64,000 nucleotides of DNA from Anthoceros angustus (taxonomy: Eukaryota; Plantae; Anthocerotophyta). Made by a program: the position numbers and the translations under genes. Positions 1 to 13,186 of this stretch are shown here, in pieces. The notes beneath the pieces are model-generated. The model was not told the origin of the DNA, searched no databases, and saw nothing but the letters and a program-made list of their open reading frames with translations. The stretch lies in contig MU008200.1 in the NCBI GenBank assembly GCA_010909165.1, positions 186,001 through 250,000 of the forward strand, in the 5' to 3' direction. Position 1 is the first letter of the stretch, and every line of letters starts with the position of its first letter.

Positions 1-423
1 GGAGCGATCTTGATGATCGGAGGTCCACAACCGGATATGTTTTATCCTAGGAGGTGCCATCGTTGAATAGCAAAAGCAACCAAATGTTGCAATGTCTACG
101 GAGGCGAGTACATGGCATCCACACAAGCTAGAAAGGAAGCCATTTGGTTGAGAAGGTTCATGGAAGAAATTGGGTATCAACAAGTGCAGCCAATTGTTCT
201 TCAAAGTGACAACCAGGGAAGCTTGGCATTGATCAAGAACCCTGTGCACCACTCAAGGACAAAGCATATTGATATCCAACATCACTTTGTTCGTGAAAGG
301 GTGAAATCGTTGGAGGTTACATTTGAGTATTGCAAAACGGAAGATATGGCTGCAGATTTCTTGACCAAGGCTTTGAGCAAGTTCAAGTTTGAGAAGTGTA
401 GAGAGCTAATTGGATTAAGGTAA
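1..423 (+). pseudogene. Ty1/copia pol 3' end (RT C-terminus and RNase H), copia family 1
   Basis: Motifs DDRRSTTGY, EAIWLRR, DNQGSLALIKNPVHHSRTKHIDIQHHFVRE, MAADFLTKAL; frameshifted upstream of 112. Confidence 0.92.
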
Positions 424-444
424 ACTCAGGTGTGCTGAGTGGAG

Positions 445-791
445 TGTTGAGGATGCAGCTTACTAAGTTTGTTAACATGGATATGATTATGTGTAAAAGA
501 TGTAGGTGATTGAGCTTACTATAAGTACATAGAAGTGGGTAAATGGAAAACATATACCCCGTATTGAGTAGGAAACGTGAGTGACACTTTTTAAGGTTCA
601 AAAAGGGGGTGAGACCAACTAGTTATAGTAGGTTCAGCTCCATGACTATTGTCTTTGTCTTGTTTGCTCAAAGTTGCTCTTTATTTGTGTTTTAAGGCCT
701 CGTTTAGGTGGTCTTAGTTTTGCAATTCTGAACACTTGCTTTCTTGACACTTCTGACCCTCTTGAAGCATGGCTAGCTTCCAATCTCAACA
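445..791 (+). repeat. 3' LTR of copia family 1 (TG...CA, 347 bp)
   Basis: Starts TGTTGAGG just after purine-rich GAGTGGAG and the pol stop; ends CTCAACA; same sequence recurs at 8505, 8997, 9501 and 10011. Confidence 0.9.
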
Positions 792-899
792 AATCGTACC
801 TGCTCTCTTGCTCTATGTCGGACCAGCAGCTCCTCTTCCTCATCACTGTCAAGCACGGTTTTGACCCTGGGAAGTTGTGTCCGTTCAATCCATCCACAT

Positions 900-1490
900 A
901 GTACTATTTTTCGACAAATTGGGCCCTCAAAAAGTCTCGCACATTGTCGTTGAGCCTGCAGGTACCAACATTCTGATGTTGGTTTATCCCACTCCAGAAC
1001 TCCTATGCGCAGACAAGCAAACAACCTATAGAAGGCTCTAGAATAGCCTATGGCAAAATGTCCCCGCCTCCCATGCAAATGAGGTGGACCTTTAAACTCG
1101 CAAGTCGAGTTTCTCTTCTTCAGAAGCCGTAAATCCTTCCTTAGGCCAATGATAAAAAACCTGATGCATAAAGAGATGGTGTTTTAGCTTGCGAAATGCT
1201 CCTTCAGAGTACCCGGTCCATACAAAAGTCTGCCTACTCATACCTCTGCCTGCGAGCTCAAAAACGTCCCGGTGATCATATGGAAAGCTTTCGATGTTGC
1301 AAGTCTCATGATGAGACTCCACATACAACAAAAAGCCTTGCAATGCCAAAAAGGTTTCGGGACGTTTAGGTTTGCCAGGTTAGTATTTTCGCACAAAGGA
1401 GTCTTCCACTTGTCTTCCCATGGCCTATCGGGAAAATGTGGCCTCTTTGTGACCACTTGGTTTAGAAAATCACCCCACAAAGGGTGAAGG
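900..1490 (-). pseudogene. Degenerate ORF of unknown function, probably a retroelement accessory ORF
   Basis: Peptide HRDVFEL...GAFRKLKHHLFMHQVFYHWP aligns by eye with the remnant at 11780-11990. Confidence 0.45.
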
Positions 1491-1789
1491 ATATTCCAGA
1501 CTGCATCTCAACTGGAGAAGGCGAGTTTGGAGGGCAAGGAGAGCGAGCACGAGAGGCAAGCCATCCGAGCCACAGCCACATGAGTGGTTAACAGCCGAGT
1601 TGAAGAGCAAATCAACGCCAGCTAAAGGAGTTGTTGGAGGCATCGCGACATGTGTTTGCTTTCACGCTATGGAGATGGGGAAGTACACCAAAGGGAAGTT
1701 CCATAGAATCGACTACCGGATGAACCAAAGGTTCAGAGGAGGCATGTGCTCGCAAGGCTGAGTGGATTTGGTTGAGAATCAATGCCAAG

Positions 1790-2450
1790 AGCTTCTCAAG
1801 CTAGGGCTGATTCGACGATCTAACTCGCAGACTAAATGCTGGCTGTTGCTTCCAAAAAGAAGGATGAAAATGGATTGTGGACGGAGAGGAGAATGTGTGG
1901 TGACTATCGGCCTTTGAATGAGCGAATCCCACATGACCACTATCCCATGCCGATGGTCGAAGAGATCTTTGACACCATTGGGTCTGCCAAGTTCTTCTCA
2001 ACATTGGACTTGAGGCTAGGGTTTCACCAAGTGGAGATTGCCGAAGAAGACAAGAAGAAAACGCTCAAGCGTAGATTGCTTTGCGAGTGGAACTACATGC
2101 TATTTGGGTTGAAGACATCGCCAACGCAGCTTTAAAGATACATGGACAATGAGCTCAAGGACTTGCCTTTCACCAAGTGCTACATTGATGATGTCATCGC
2201 CTTTTAATACCTTTGAGGAGCATCTACAACATCTTCGAGTAGTCTTTGCTAGACTGCGCTGTGGTTGAAGGCCCATCCAGGAATCACAATTTGGAGAGGA
2301 CAAGGTGTTGTACTTGGGTCATTGGATCACGACGGATCTCGCCGATGCCACCAAGGTGGAGGCAATCCGGCGATTCCTGTGCCAAACGACATCTCAAGTT
2401 GAGGGCATTCTTGGGCCAGGTTACTACAGAAGTTCATTCCGGATGAGCGT
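1790..2450 (+). pseudogene. Ty3/gypsy reverse transcriptase remnant
   Basis: RRMCGDYRPLN, YPMPMVEEIFD, FSTLDLRLGFHQV, MLFGLK, CYIDDVI; stops and frameshifts. Confidence 0.88.
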
Positions 2451-2659
2451 GATTGTGTGGAATGCAAAAGTTTGGGCAACCATCCCAAACTAGCTTGAGG
2501 AAGAGCGACTTGAATTTTTTTTGGCTGAAAACGATTGGAGAGGGACATGTTGGGAATTTTCTGAGAAACTTGGAGCCAGCCTGGAGCTGTAGGGTATTGG
2601 TGGGGAAGCAAAGAGGATATCCGGGAGAAGAAATGGGTCAAAACGACCCCTCAAAGTAT

Positions 2660-3300
2660 GGGTACAAACAGGGCAGACTAACCCGTAGGGTCGCCACACC
2701 ACGCCGGTAGGCCGAGCGAAGAGCATCACCACGAGGGTGGTCACCATCGCGGTAGTGACAAGATCTCGGAGAAAAGAAATTAATATAGGGGGGATATCCA
2801 CTATATATGCTCACCAATAGGGGAATAGATAAATAGAAATAATTGGGAGAAACATATTTAGAGGTAGTAAGCAGGGCAGGCAGGTAGGTAATTTAGGAGG
2901 ATTAGGTATTTTAGGAGGATTAGGTATTTTAGGATGGTGAACCAAATCTAGGGCTGAGCAGTCTCCAAGTGGCAGCAATCCAAGGAGGGCAAAGTGCAGT
3001 TTTGGCAACACCAACTTTCGCTTCGAACTGGGGCGTCCACACTTCACGAAGGACTGAGACTGGAGCTGGAACGCAAGAGGAGAGGAGAGGAAAGCTGCCA
3101 TCGCCCTCGCCAACACCGCCGCGGTCGAGTCGAGCGCAAACGGGAGCTAGGCGCGCAAGCTGAAGAAGGAGAGGAAACCCTAGCTGGAGCGAGGAGGAGA
3201 AGACTGGAGTGAAGGGACTCTCACATTCCTGCAGTCCCGGCGCTATGGAACCTCCCACCTATGGGACCTCCCAGGGCCTGACTCTCCTAGGCCCGGGACG
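2660..3300 (+). mobile_element. Post-integrase region of an Athila-like gypsy element (3' spacer, TATA, start of accessory ORF)
   Basis: Similar to the reverse complement of about 44300-44560 (cactatatatgc..ccaataggg; aatctaggg..ctcca.gtggca). Confidence 0.55.
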
Positions 3301-6300
3301 CCTTTGTCAAGTCTTGCTGCTATCTTTATCTCCTCAGCCACTAGCTGGCTGAGGTTTTGCTAGTTCAAGTTGTTAAGTCTTTTTTTACATGTCTAGTTTC
3401 AGAATAGCTTATGTTAGTTGTTTCATAGGCTGATTGGTGGATTTCACGCTGGAGGAGATGGCGGCACCTATGAGGCTAAGAGGAGGGCTAGGGCAGAGAA
3501 TAGCAGTTGTTGAAGTTGCGCCCTAGCAGCGCTGTGTCCAGGAGAGTCCTCCTGCAATCCCTTTGAGAACATTGTCAAATCTGAATGGAATCTTGTGATT
3601 TGGGTGTTTGAGGGTGTGGGGATTGATGAGCGCAGCCTAAATGCGTGATTTCTAACTCCTAGCCAGGAAAACTGCCTGGCCCCTCACGTTTTTGAGCAGC
3701 ATGCAATCCGCAATGTGGCTCAAAGCATCACTTCAACAACTGCTTTCAATCTGGTGCTTGGAATGCGAGATTTGAGGGCGACTGAGCTTGGTGGAGGTGG
3801 CCACGCAGCTACAGCAAGGCAGCATCACCAACACGCCCTAATCTCGCCAATAGCAGCAGCATTGCAGCTACAACACTGCTGACCCAGCAATTTTAGGGCA
3901 ACTCCAGCCTTCTAGAGCACATAGCGCCCGCGATACAGGTCGGTTGCCTATGATTTGCATACCAAAATGTTTGCCTCAGCGAGACAAGTCTATTGGTATG
4001 CTTTGTGATCAATTTGGAGTCGTTTTCAGGGACTAATTGCCTTTGAGGGTTTGCTTGTTTACATTTCAATTGAGGAATGTAGGCTGGTTGCAGCCACCAC
4101 CCCTCCTTTTGCAGCAAAAGAATTGAGGCTCTTTTGGACAGCAGCATTTGTTCAGGTTTGTAGCAGAGAATGAGTAGGGATACACCCTGGATTTGATTTT
4201 TCTGCTGACCTATTTTGCAGCTGTGTTTGCATGTTTCGATTGATAGCTGTAGGTGCATGTTGCTGCCTAGGCTAGTTACGCTAGCAACCTAGGTCAGGGC
4301 CTGCATCACATGTAGCTTAGCCCTTAGGCAGAGTACACTCTGTGACAAGCTGGGACTGATTTTTATACTTACTTCGTTCAATTTCCTCAAACTTGTTTGA
4401 AGGACTGACCTTCGGCTAAGTATGTTGCATGGGTGATGCACCATGAGGAGGGAGATACAAGCCCTCGGTACAGGCTCCGAACAAGGGCCATTCCAAGCAA
4501 GGTCACTGATCTGCACAAGCACCTGCCACCACACAACAGCGGCTGGTGGAGGACTTGGAGGCTGACATCAGGCCAGGGACTCCACCATCGGCTGTGAGGC
4601 CTACAGCCAGCTGGTCCCCCTCGACAGACATCATTGCACAATCAGGGACAGGGACACCTCAGTCCCACTCCGGGACAGGAGCGCAGCAGTCTCAGCCATT
4701 TCTGGCAGTCCCCCTTGGTGTGGTGTTCCATCCAAGGCCAGGCCCTGCACTTTTTGAACCATAAAAAGTGTCACTCACGTTTCCTACTCAATATGGGGAA
4801 TATGTTTCCCATTTACCCACTTCTATAGTAAGCTTAATCACCTACATCTTTTACGTGTAGTCATATCTATCTTAACAAACTCAGTAAGCATTCTCAACAC
4901 TCCCACTCAACGCACCTGAGTTTGCCTTAATCCAACTAGCTCTCTACACTTCTCAAACTTGAACTTGCTCAAAGCCTTCGTCAATAAATCTGCAGCCATA
5001 TCCTCCGTTTTGAAACACTCAAATGTAACCTCCAACGATTTCACCCTTTCACGAACAAAGTGATGTTGGATATCAATATGCTTTGTCCTTGAGTGATGCA
5101 TGTGGTTCTTGATCAATGCCATGCTTCCTAGTTGTCACTTTTGAAGAACAGTTGGCTGCACTTGTTGATACCCAATTTCTTCCATGAACCTTCTCAACCA
5201 AATGGCTTCCTTTGTAGCTTGTGTGGATGCCATGTACTCAGCCTATAGACATTGCAACAATTGGTTGCTTTTGCTATTCAACTAATGGCACCTCCCCTAG
5301 GATAAAAACATATCCGGTTGTGGACCTCCTATCATCAAGATTGCTCCCCCAATCCGAGTCACAATATCCAAGCAGTATGTGTCCTTCATTTGAACCTGAA
5401 AACTCAAGGTACATGTCATGTGTGCCTTTCAAGTACCTCATTATCCTCTTCACTGCAATAGAATGTGGCTTTCCAGGATTTTGCATATATTGGCTCACAA
5501 CACCTAGAGCTTTTCCAAAATCTGGACGAGTTGCAACCATGGCAGACATCAAACTGCCCACTTCTTGTCTATAAGGAATGTTCTTCATCTTCTCCTCCTC
5601 GGGATTGCTTGCAGGACATGGGTCTTTGCTAAGCCTCATATCTAAACAGAGAGGTGTTGTAATTGGCCTGCAATCAGTCATTCCAAAACGATCCAAGAGT
5701 TCCTCAATGTACTTCTGTTTTCCAAGCTTGATTGTTCTTGTCTCTAACCACTTGAATGCCAAGGCAATAGTTGAACTCCCCCAAGTCCTTCATTTCAAAT
5801 TGTCTTGACAACATCTCCTTTACCTCATTGATGGCATCTATAGATGCGCTCAACAAAATGAGGTCATCCACGGATATGGCTAGAATAACCATAGATTGGA
5901 GAACTTTGGATATGTAGATGCTCTCATCAGATGTGCAATATTGAAATCCTTGCTCCTTTAAGAATGCATTGATCTTCTCATACCAAGCTTTAGACCCTTG
6001 CTGAATTCAATCCATAGAAAGCTTTCTTCAATTTGCACACCAAACTCTCATTGCCTTTTTCGATATACCCTTCATGTTGCTCCATATAAATGTCCTCCTT
6101 CAAATCTCCATTGAGAAATGCAGTTTTTACATCCATTTGATGAATCTCAAAGGTCTCATTATAATCGATGCCTTGTTCTTGGCTATATCCCTTCAGCACC
6201 AATCTTGCCTTATATCTCTCAATCTGACCATTAGAATCTCTCTTGATTCTAAACACCCATTTGCTCCCAATAGCATTCCTTCCTGCGGCAGCAAGGTTAA

Positions 6301-8504
6301 TACCCAAGTGTCATTCTTCTTCAACGACTTCATCTCATCATCCATAGCTTCTTTCCATTGCTTTTGCATCCTTCCTTGTAGTGCTTCAGCTATCGTTCTT
6401 GGTTCCTCCCATATTCCATAGCAATGGATGCAAACTCTGGTCCTTCTCTCCAATCTCTTGGTGGACGACCCTTGTTGGATATCTCCTCGGAGGAAGAATT
6501 TCTTCTCTCAAGGGTTCTTCCTCATTGTTTCCCTCGCTAGGGATCATTTCATTCCCATCAATCGGAATGACGTCTTTTCCAATTGGTTCTTGAGGTATCA
6601 CAACCTCATGAGCATCAACAATAGGAAATTTCTGCTATCTATAGTCTCCGCCTCATCAAAACCACATCTCTACTTATGATGATGCGCCTAGATGCCTTAT
6701 CATACAATCTATAGGCCTTTCTATCAATATCATAGCCCACAAAATGCACTCCAATGCCTTCCCTTGAGCTTGCTCTCGACTTCTTTGGGTTTATGTGCAA
6801 AGGCTCTACACCCAAACACATGCAAGTGAGCAATAGAAGGCTTCCTCCCCTAACCAGCATTCCTCCGTGTCATATCCTCTAGTGATGCACTTGCACTTCT
6901 ATTAGTTAGGTAGACAGCAGTTGCAATGGCTTCCCCAAAACTCATAGCCCAATTGTTGATGATGAAGCATGCTCCTAGCACATTCTACCAAAGTTCTATT
7001 TTTCCTTTCCGCAACTCCATTTTGCTGAGGAGTGTAATAAAATTGTTGCATGATTCCGTGCTCCTTGCAAAAGTTTCAAATCCTTGGACATATACTCACC
7101 TCCATTGTCACTCCTTAAAACTTTTATCTTTCTACCAATTTGATTCTCCACAAGTGCTTTATACTCCTTGAACTTGATAACAGGCATCCTTGGATTTGAG
7201 GAAGTAAACCTTGGTATACCTTGACTTGTCATCCGTGAAAGTGAGGAAATACTTGGCCCTCCTAGAGATGTGGTCTTCATGGGGCCAATGTCTGAGTGAA
7301 TCAAATCTAGCACATGGTTAGCTCTACTTCCTCCCTTTGGAAATGGAAATCGATGTTGCTTTCCCATCATGCAACCTCTACAAATACCTATATCTTCCTC
7401 CTCTCCAAGCTCAAGTCCTCTTACGATCTTTTTCTTTTCCATGAGCTTGATGTTTTGAACTCCAAGATGTCCCAATCTTTGGTGCCACAATAGTAGCTTG
7501 TTGTTGTGCTCTTGTACCACATTTGTCTCCATTCTTGAGCTTGGCACCACAGTACTCCCACTTAAACAATACATCTTTCCAACCTTCACGCCTTGTGCTC
7601 TCACTTCTTCTTTTGCATTCGTGAAGGTCACTCCAGCTTCCTCAAATCTTACTCTCAACCCTTGAGAGGTAGCCGCTAACGGAGAAGAGGTTTTTGCTCA
7701 GGCACATAGAGGACCTTCTTTAACATCCCATAAATAGGCCCTTTAGGAGTGGTCATGGTTAGAAATACAACTCCTTCTCCCTCATTTTGAGAATTATCAC
7801 CCAAGTAAATTTTTGAATGAATTATCACCTGTCAGCTTTTTTGGTGATGTGAACTCATCATCCATAGCAGCTTGCTTTGAGGTCTTGCTTTCTCGTCCCT
7901 TTGCTTCTTGAAACAGTTCCTCTAATGTGTCCAACCTTGCCATAGTTGCAAGTTATGTTGGACCTTCTATATCCTCCTACAGATTGAGAAGGACCTTCCC
8001 TAGCTTGATGGAACTTGAGTGTTCTTCCTGAGGCTTTTTGGCCACAAAAGCTGATTCCTCATATCTTCCCTTTTCTCTTCTTTTGTCTCTTCATGTAAGA
8101 GTCGCTCACAAGAATCTCAAAAGTCAAAGTCTCTATTCTTGATTCCAAAGCCACGATCAAGTTGTTGTATGACTCTGGAAGAAAAGTCATCACCAAGTCA
8201 TCATCATACGGCTCCAAATCGCTGCTAATTGTTGTGACAAACTCCTCACTTTGTCTACATGCTCAATGACATCATTCTCACCCATTTGAAGAGTGAAGAA
8301 CCTTCTCCTCAAAACAAGCGGTTCACAAGGCTCTTGTTCTCATATAGCGCCCAGCTTTTGCCAAGCTTCCCTTGCAGTCTTACAAGAAGTCACATGCATT
8401 AGTTGTGCATCTTCCAAATTGAAGCAAATGGTTGCAAAAGCTTTTGCATGCATTCTCGTCCCACTTGGATTCTTGCTCCACTTTTATAGGGTGCGCTGCA
8501 GTGA

Positions 8505-8866
8505 TGTTGAGGATGCAGCTCGAGTTTGTTAAGATGGATATGACTATGTAAAAGATGTAGTGATTGAGCTTACTATCTATTGTATAGAAGTGGGTAAATG
8601 AGAAACATATACCCCATATTGAGTACGAAACGTGAGTGACACTTTTAAGGGTTTAAAAAGGGGTGAGACCAGCGAGCTATTGTAGGTTTAGCTCCTTGAC
8701 CATTGCCTTTAGCTCCTTGACCATTGCCTTCGTGCTGTTTGCTCAAAGTTGCTCTTTATTTGTGTTTTAAGACCTCGCTTAGGTGGTCTTAGTTTTGCAA
8801 TTCTAAACACTTGTTTTCTTGACACTTCTGATCCTCTTGAAGCATGACTAGCTTCCAATCTTAATA
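8505..8866 (+). repeat. Solo LTR of copia family 1 inserted antisense into family-1 gag
   Basis: Matches LTR 445-791 in plus orientation; gag reading continues on both sides; flanks of the duplicate copy are cgtga/cctga (TSD-like, 1 mismatch). Confidence 0.85.
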
Positions 8867-8984
8867 CCTGACACTATCCCCCACAGGCTTTTCTCGGTCA
8901 ACAACATCTGCATCTTGAACTACAAGTTGAAGTTGTTACCACCAAATTTTGAATGACTTGTAGTGTCACCATGCCTTGGGTGTG

Positions 8985-8996
8985 TGGGCCATAACC
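8985..8996 (-). promoter_or_regulatory. Primer binding site of half-tRNA-iMet type
   Basis: GGTTATGGCCCA directly after the LTR end CTCAACA; one G short of the Drosophila copia-type GGTTATGGGCCCA; repeated at about 9999-10010. Confidence 0.7.
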
Positions 8997-9344
8997 TGTT
9001 GAGATTGGAAGCTAGCCATGCTTCAAGAGGGTCAAGTGTCAAGAAAGCAAGTGTTCAGAATTGCAAAACTAAGACCACCTAAGCGAGGTCTTAAAACACA
9101 AATGAAGAGCAACTTTGAGCAAACAACACAAAGACAATAGTCAAAGAGTCAACTGAACCTGCTATAGCTAGCTGGTCTCACCCCTTTTTAAACCCTAAAA
9201 AGTGTCACTCACGTTTCCTACTCAATATGGGGTATATGTTTCCCATTTACCCACTTTTATATACTTATAGTAAGCTCAATCACCCACATTTTTTATGCGT
9301 AGTCATATCCATCTTAACAAACTCAGTAAGCTGCATCCTCAACA

Positions 9345-10331
9345 GCTTTTTCCAAGCTTTCCTTGCAGTCTTACAAGAAGTCACATGCATTAGTTGTGCA
9401 GCTTCCAAATTGAAGCAAATGGTTGCAAAAGCTTTGCATGCATTCTCGTCCCACTTGGATTCTTGCTCCACTTTTATAGGGTGCGCTGCTCAGTTCGTGA
9501 TGTTGAGGATGCAGCTTACTGAGTTTGTTAAGATGGATATGACTATGCGTAAAAGATGTAGGTGATTGAGCTTACTATAAGAAGTATATCTATATAGAAG
9601 TGGGTAAATGAGAAACATATACCCCATATTGAGTACGAAACGTGAGTGACACTTTTAAGGGTTTAAAAAGGGGTGAGACCAGCGAGCTATTGTAGGTTTA
9701 GCTCCTTGACCATTGCCTTTAGCTCCTTGACCATTGCCTTCGTGCTGTTTGCTCAAAGTTGCTCTTTATTTGTGTTTTAAGACCTCGCTTAGGTGGTCTT
9801 AGTTTTGCAATTCTAAACACTTGTTTTCTTGACACTTCTGATCCTCTTGAAGCATGACTAGCTTCCAATCTTAATACCTGACACTATCCCCCACAGGCTT
9901 TTCTCGGTCAACAACATCTGCATCTTGAACTTCCACAAGTTGAAGTTGTTACCACCAAATTTTGAAATGACTTGTAGTGTCACCATGCCTTGGGTGTGTG
10001 GGCCATAACCTGTGCAGATTGGAAGCTAGCCATGCTTCAAGAGGGTCAGAAGTATCAAGAAAGCAAGTGTTCAGAATTGCAAAACTAAGACCACCTAAAC
10101 GAAGCCTTAAAACACAAATAAAGAGCAACTTTGAGCAAATAGCACAAAGGCAACAGTCAAGGAGCTAGGCCTACTATAGCTAGCTGGTCTCACCCCTTTT
10201 TAAACCCTAAAAAGTGTCACTCACGTTTCCTACTCAATATGGGGTATATGTTTCCCATTTATCCACTTCTATGTACTTATAGTAAGCTTAATCACCTACA
10301 TCCTTAATTCATATAAGCTGCATCCTCAACA
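9345..10331. repeat. About 1 kb tandem duplication of gag fragment, antisense LTR, gag N-terminus, PBS and 5' LTR
   Basis: Near-identical to about 8360-9344; LTRs at 9501-9876 (+) and 10011-10331 (-). Confidence 0.9.
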
Positions 10332-10489
10332 TGACTCGGCGGATGTTAACAACCCTTGAAGATGAAGCAAGTGTCACGATGTGCCACAGCAGGCAGCAAT
10401 GATGTCATTGTTGACCTCGGAGCCAAGCATCTTTGTGGAGAAATGAAATGCTGCACGAGTGGGGGTGGCTTTGGTCAACAACGGGGAGA

Positions 10490-10941
10490 GAAAAATTGAA
10501 ATCAATGGATTCACACCAAGGAGGGTGTTGATTGACTCCGAAGCATAGCCGGTGATCCTTGGAAGAAGAGTGAAGGAAGTGTTGGGTCTCCACCAAGACA
10601 GGTTGAAGGAAACCTAGTGGAGGATCCAGACCCCAGCCGGGACCACAGAGCATGTGTTGGGGGTGACGAGGTACAAGCTGAAGATTTCATTCAAACCAAG
10701 AACAGCTGACCTCACCCTTGTCGAGGTACATTGTTTGGTCACAGATGTAGACACATTTGATGTCTTGCTGGGAGCAGACGCTTTGTACAAATTTGGAGTC
10801 ATATTGGATTTGTGGACAGAGACAACTACTATCAACCATGCTAGAGAAGCTGGAGCAAAACCGATGAACGGATTGCTCGTATCCCTCTGCAGCTGCATGG
10901 CAAGGATCATGAGAACCTCATTACCAATAGCGTCTACCTAG
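10490..10941 (+). pseudogene. Retroviral-type aspartic protease remnant (gypsy)
   Basis: RRVLIDSEA* (degenerate DSG) followed by FDVLLGADALYKFGVILDL. Confidence 0.7.
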
Positions 10942-11659
10942 AGTTTGGGGCCGTGGTGATGGACACGCCATACCTGCTCAAACCTCTTGGGGTGTGTGTA
11001 ACAACCGCAGCTGATCTAAGGGAGGAATTCGACGAGGAGGATGAAGACACTAGGGTTGCAACCACCCTCAGAGGAGGTTCTTCAAGTCAGCCGGATGGAG
11101 TTGGTGACTGCAGCAATGAGCCAAGCAAAAGAGGTCAGGGATGGTGCAAGAGGACCGCGGGAGTGCAATTGTGCTAGGAGGCGAGGTTGGTCACGTGTGG
11201 AGCTTGGAGGCAGCTCATGAGGGAGTGTCTATCCAAGTTGATTCATGTGCTTTCAAGCAAGCCAGGTTGCTGTATGTTGACAATTCGTGGCCGAGCTAGT
11301 ATAGACGTTGGCGATTTTCTTTCATCTTAAGGGGAGCATGAGCTTGAAGCTATGGGCTTGTAGGCTTAGGTTGCTCGGTCTTCGCAGCAGAATTTGTGTG
11401 TATAGCACACAGGGTGGCAAATTGCATGCAAGCTGCCGATTGTCTCCAAATGTCGTCGCAGGAGCATGAGCTAGCAGCCCGGGGCTGTGAGTTTGCTTCT
11501 AGACAGGGGAGTTTGCTTTGGTTTTGTTGTGTGGTGCATGCTTGCCGATTCGTGGTTTTACGCTGTGTCTGGAACAAGGCCTGGTCGGCCTCATGGTGAG
11601 GGAACATAGCAGGGTTAGCATGAAGTCTCCCATCATTGTGTTGAAGATGCATGGGCCAG

Positions 11660-12070
11660 GGGGTGTCCTCAAATCCTAGACGACGAGCGGGCACAGAAGT
11701 GCCAGGAGCCCTTCCAGCGCAAGTACAAGCCAGAGAGACCCATGATGCCGGAGTGATATGATGATTTGACCAAGTTCCTCATGGGAATTGAAGGGCATCA
11801 TGGCAGGTATCTGATTGAATTCTACCCTACAGAGCACCGGGATTTGTATGAGCTGCAGAGGAGAGGGCATAAGAAGCTGCCCTGGGCCTAGACGACCTAC
11901 TGCGAGGTGCATATCGGAAGTTGGAGCACCATGTGTTTAAGCACACTGTGTTTGATGATTGGCCTGTGGCTAGTCAGTATGTTTTGTATGGGGAGTGGTA
12001 GGTTCCCTCCACCATGTTTCTACTCAAGGAGTGGTTGGCCCAATTTTAAAAGATGAAGACAAGCAAGCTT
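11660..12070 (+). pseudogene. Degenerate ORF of unknown function, homologous to 900-1490
   Basis: EHRDLYEL...GAYRKLEHHVFKHTVFDDWP (11906-11965). Confidence 0.45.
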
Positions 12071-13058
12071 ATTGTGGCATGGCCAAGGCAATTTTACTGC
12101 CTTATTGAGTAGGATACATTTAGTGCAACACTGAGTCTGCTTAGGCTTTCTACACACTGCAGGCTGCTGCCCAGGATCACATGCATGTAGTTGCTCTTTA
12201 TCCGCCGTACCACATCGATGAGGTCATTGTGCAGGATAGTGACCCTAGTTTGGACAGCAGTCTTCAGTCGGGGGCATCTTTCGAAGTCAAAGCCGCACGG
12301 CACTGATGTCTGAAGATGAGGACGATGATCTTCGTTTTCCTCTTCCACCAATGTATGAGACCAGCATTTTGATGCAGTTTACGGCTTGTTGGTTTGGCAA
12401 TTGGTGACTTAGTGCAAAAACTGGTTCTCTGTTCTATTTTGTTCGCCTGTTTTTGCAAGGGGGTTGTTAGCGGCTTTAGGACTTTGCCAAATAGCTTTTC
12501 CTTTGTTTTTCCTTGTTCCTAGACATCTTAGGTTGAGCCTATTTTATAGGCTCAACCTTGAAGCTTCAAGCCTTGAAGCTTTGTTGCTTCTTTTGTTAGC
12601 CATGTATGCGCTTAGCATGGCCATGGACAGCTATGTTGTCTGACAGAGACTCGTATGTCTCAAATCTTGCCGAACCATAACATTGTCCTCTTGATGAGTT
12701 ACTTGTTGTTTACATCCATTTTTCAAGGCATTGTCTCATCATGTCCTTCGTGAAAAAATTAAGTTGAGAGAGATGTCATATCATGACACTAATCTCTGCA
12801 CTTGGGTTTAGTGTTTGATTAGCATTAATTAATCTAATTACTTATCTTTATGTGAGCAATTAACATTATTTAATCTAAAGTACTTATATCAATTAAGCAT
12901 TGATTAGTATAAATTGAACATAGGTAGCAATAGCTAAGTGGATAAGCACAAGTAAAATGCTTTAGCATATTCCTTGTATATTATAGTGTATTCTTAGGAT
13001 ATTTCCGGCATATGCTGATGCCAATAGGATATCTTCGGAATATGCCGATGCCAAGGGC

Positions 13059-13186
13059 TATTATATATAGACCCTTTCATAGAGGACAAACTCAAATCAT
13101 AGCCTATCCTCTAGATATGCAATATTATATATAGACCCTTTCATAGAGGACAAACTCAAATCATAGCCTGTCCTCTAGATATGCAA
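13059..13186 (+). repeat. 2 x 64 bp tandem duplication containing a TATA-like box
   Basis: tattatatatagaccctttcatagagg...gatatgcaa occurs at 13059 and 13123. Confidence 0.85.

Larger units (their letters stand above)
4750..9344 (-). mobile_element. Near full-length degenerate Ty1/copia element, family 1
   Basis: Order on minus strand: 5' LTR 9344-8997, PBS, gag (KFGGNNFNL..KMQMLL..LWGIVSG; UBN2-like), GAG-pre-integrase LWHQRLGH, integrase (VLRSDNGGEY), RT ([26 protein letters not shown]), RNase H, PPT GAGTGGGAG at 4908-4900, truncated 3' LTR 4899-4750. Confidence 0.92.
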
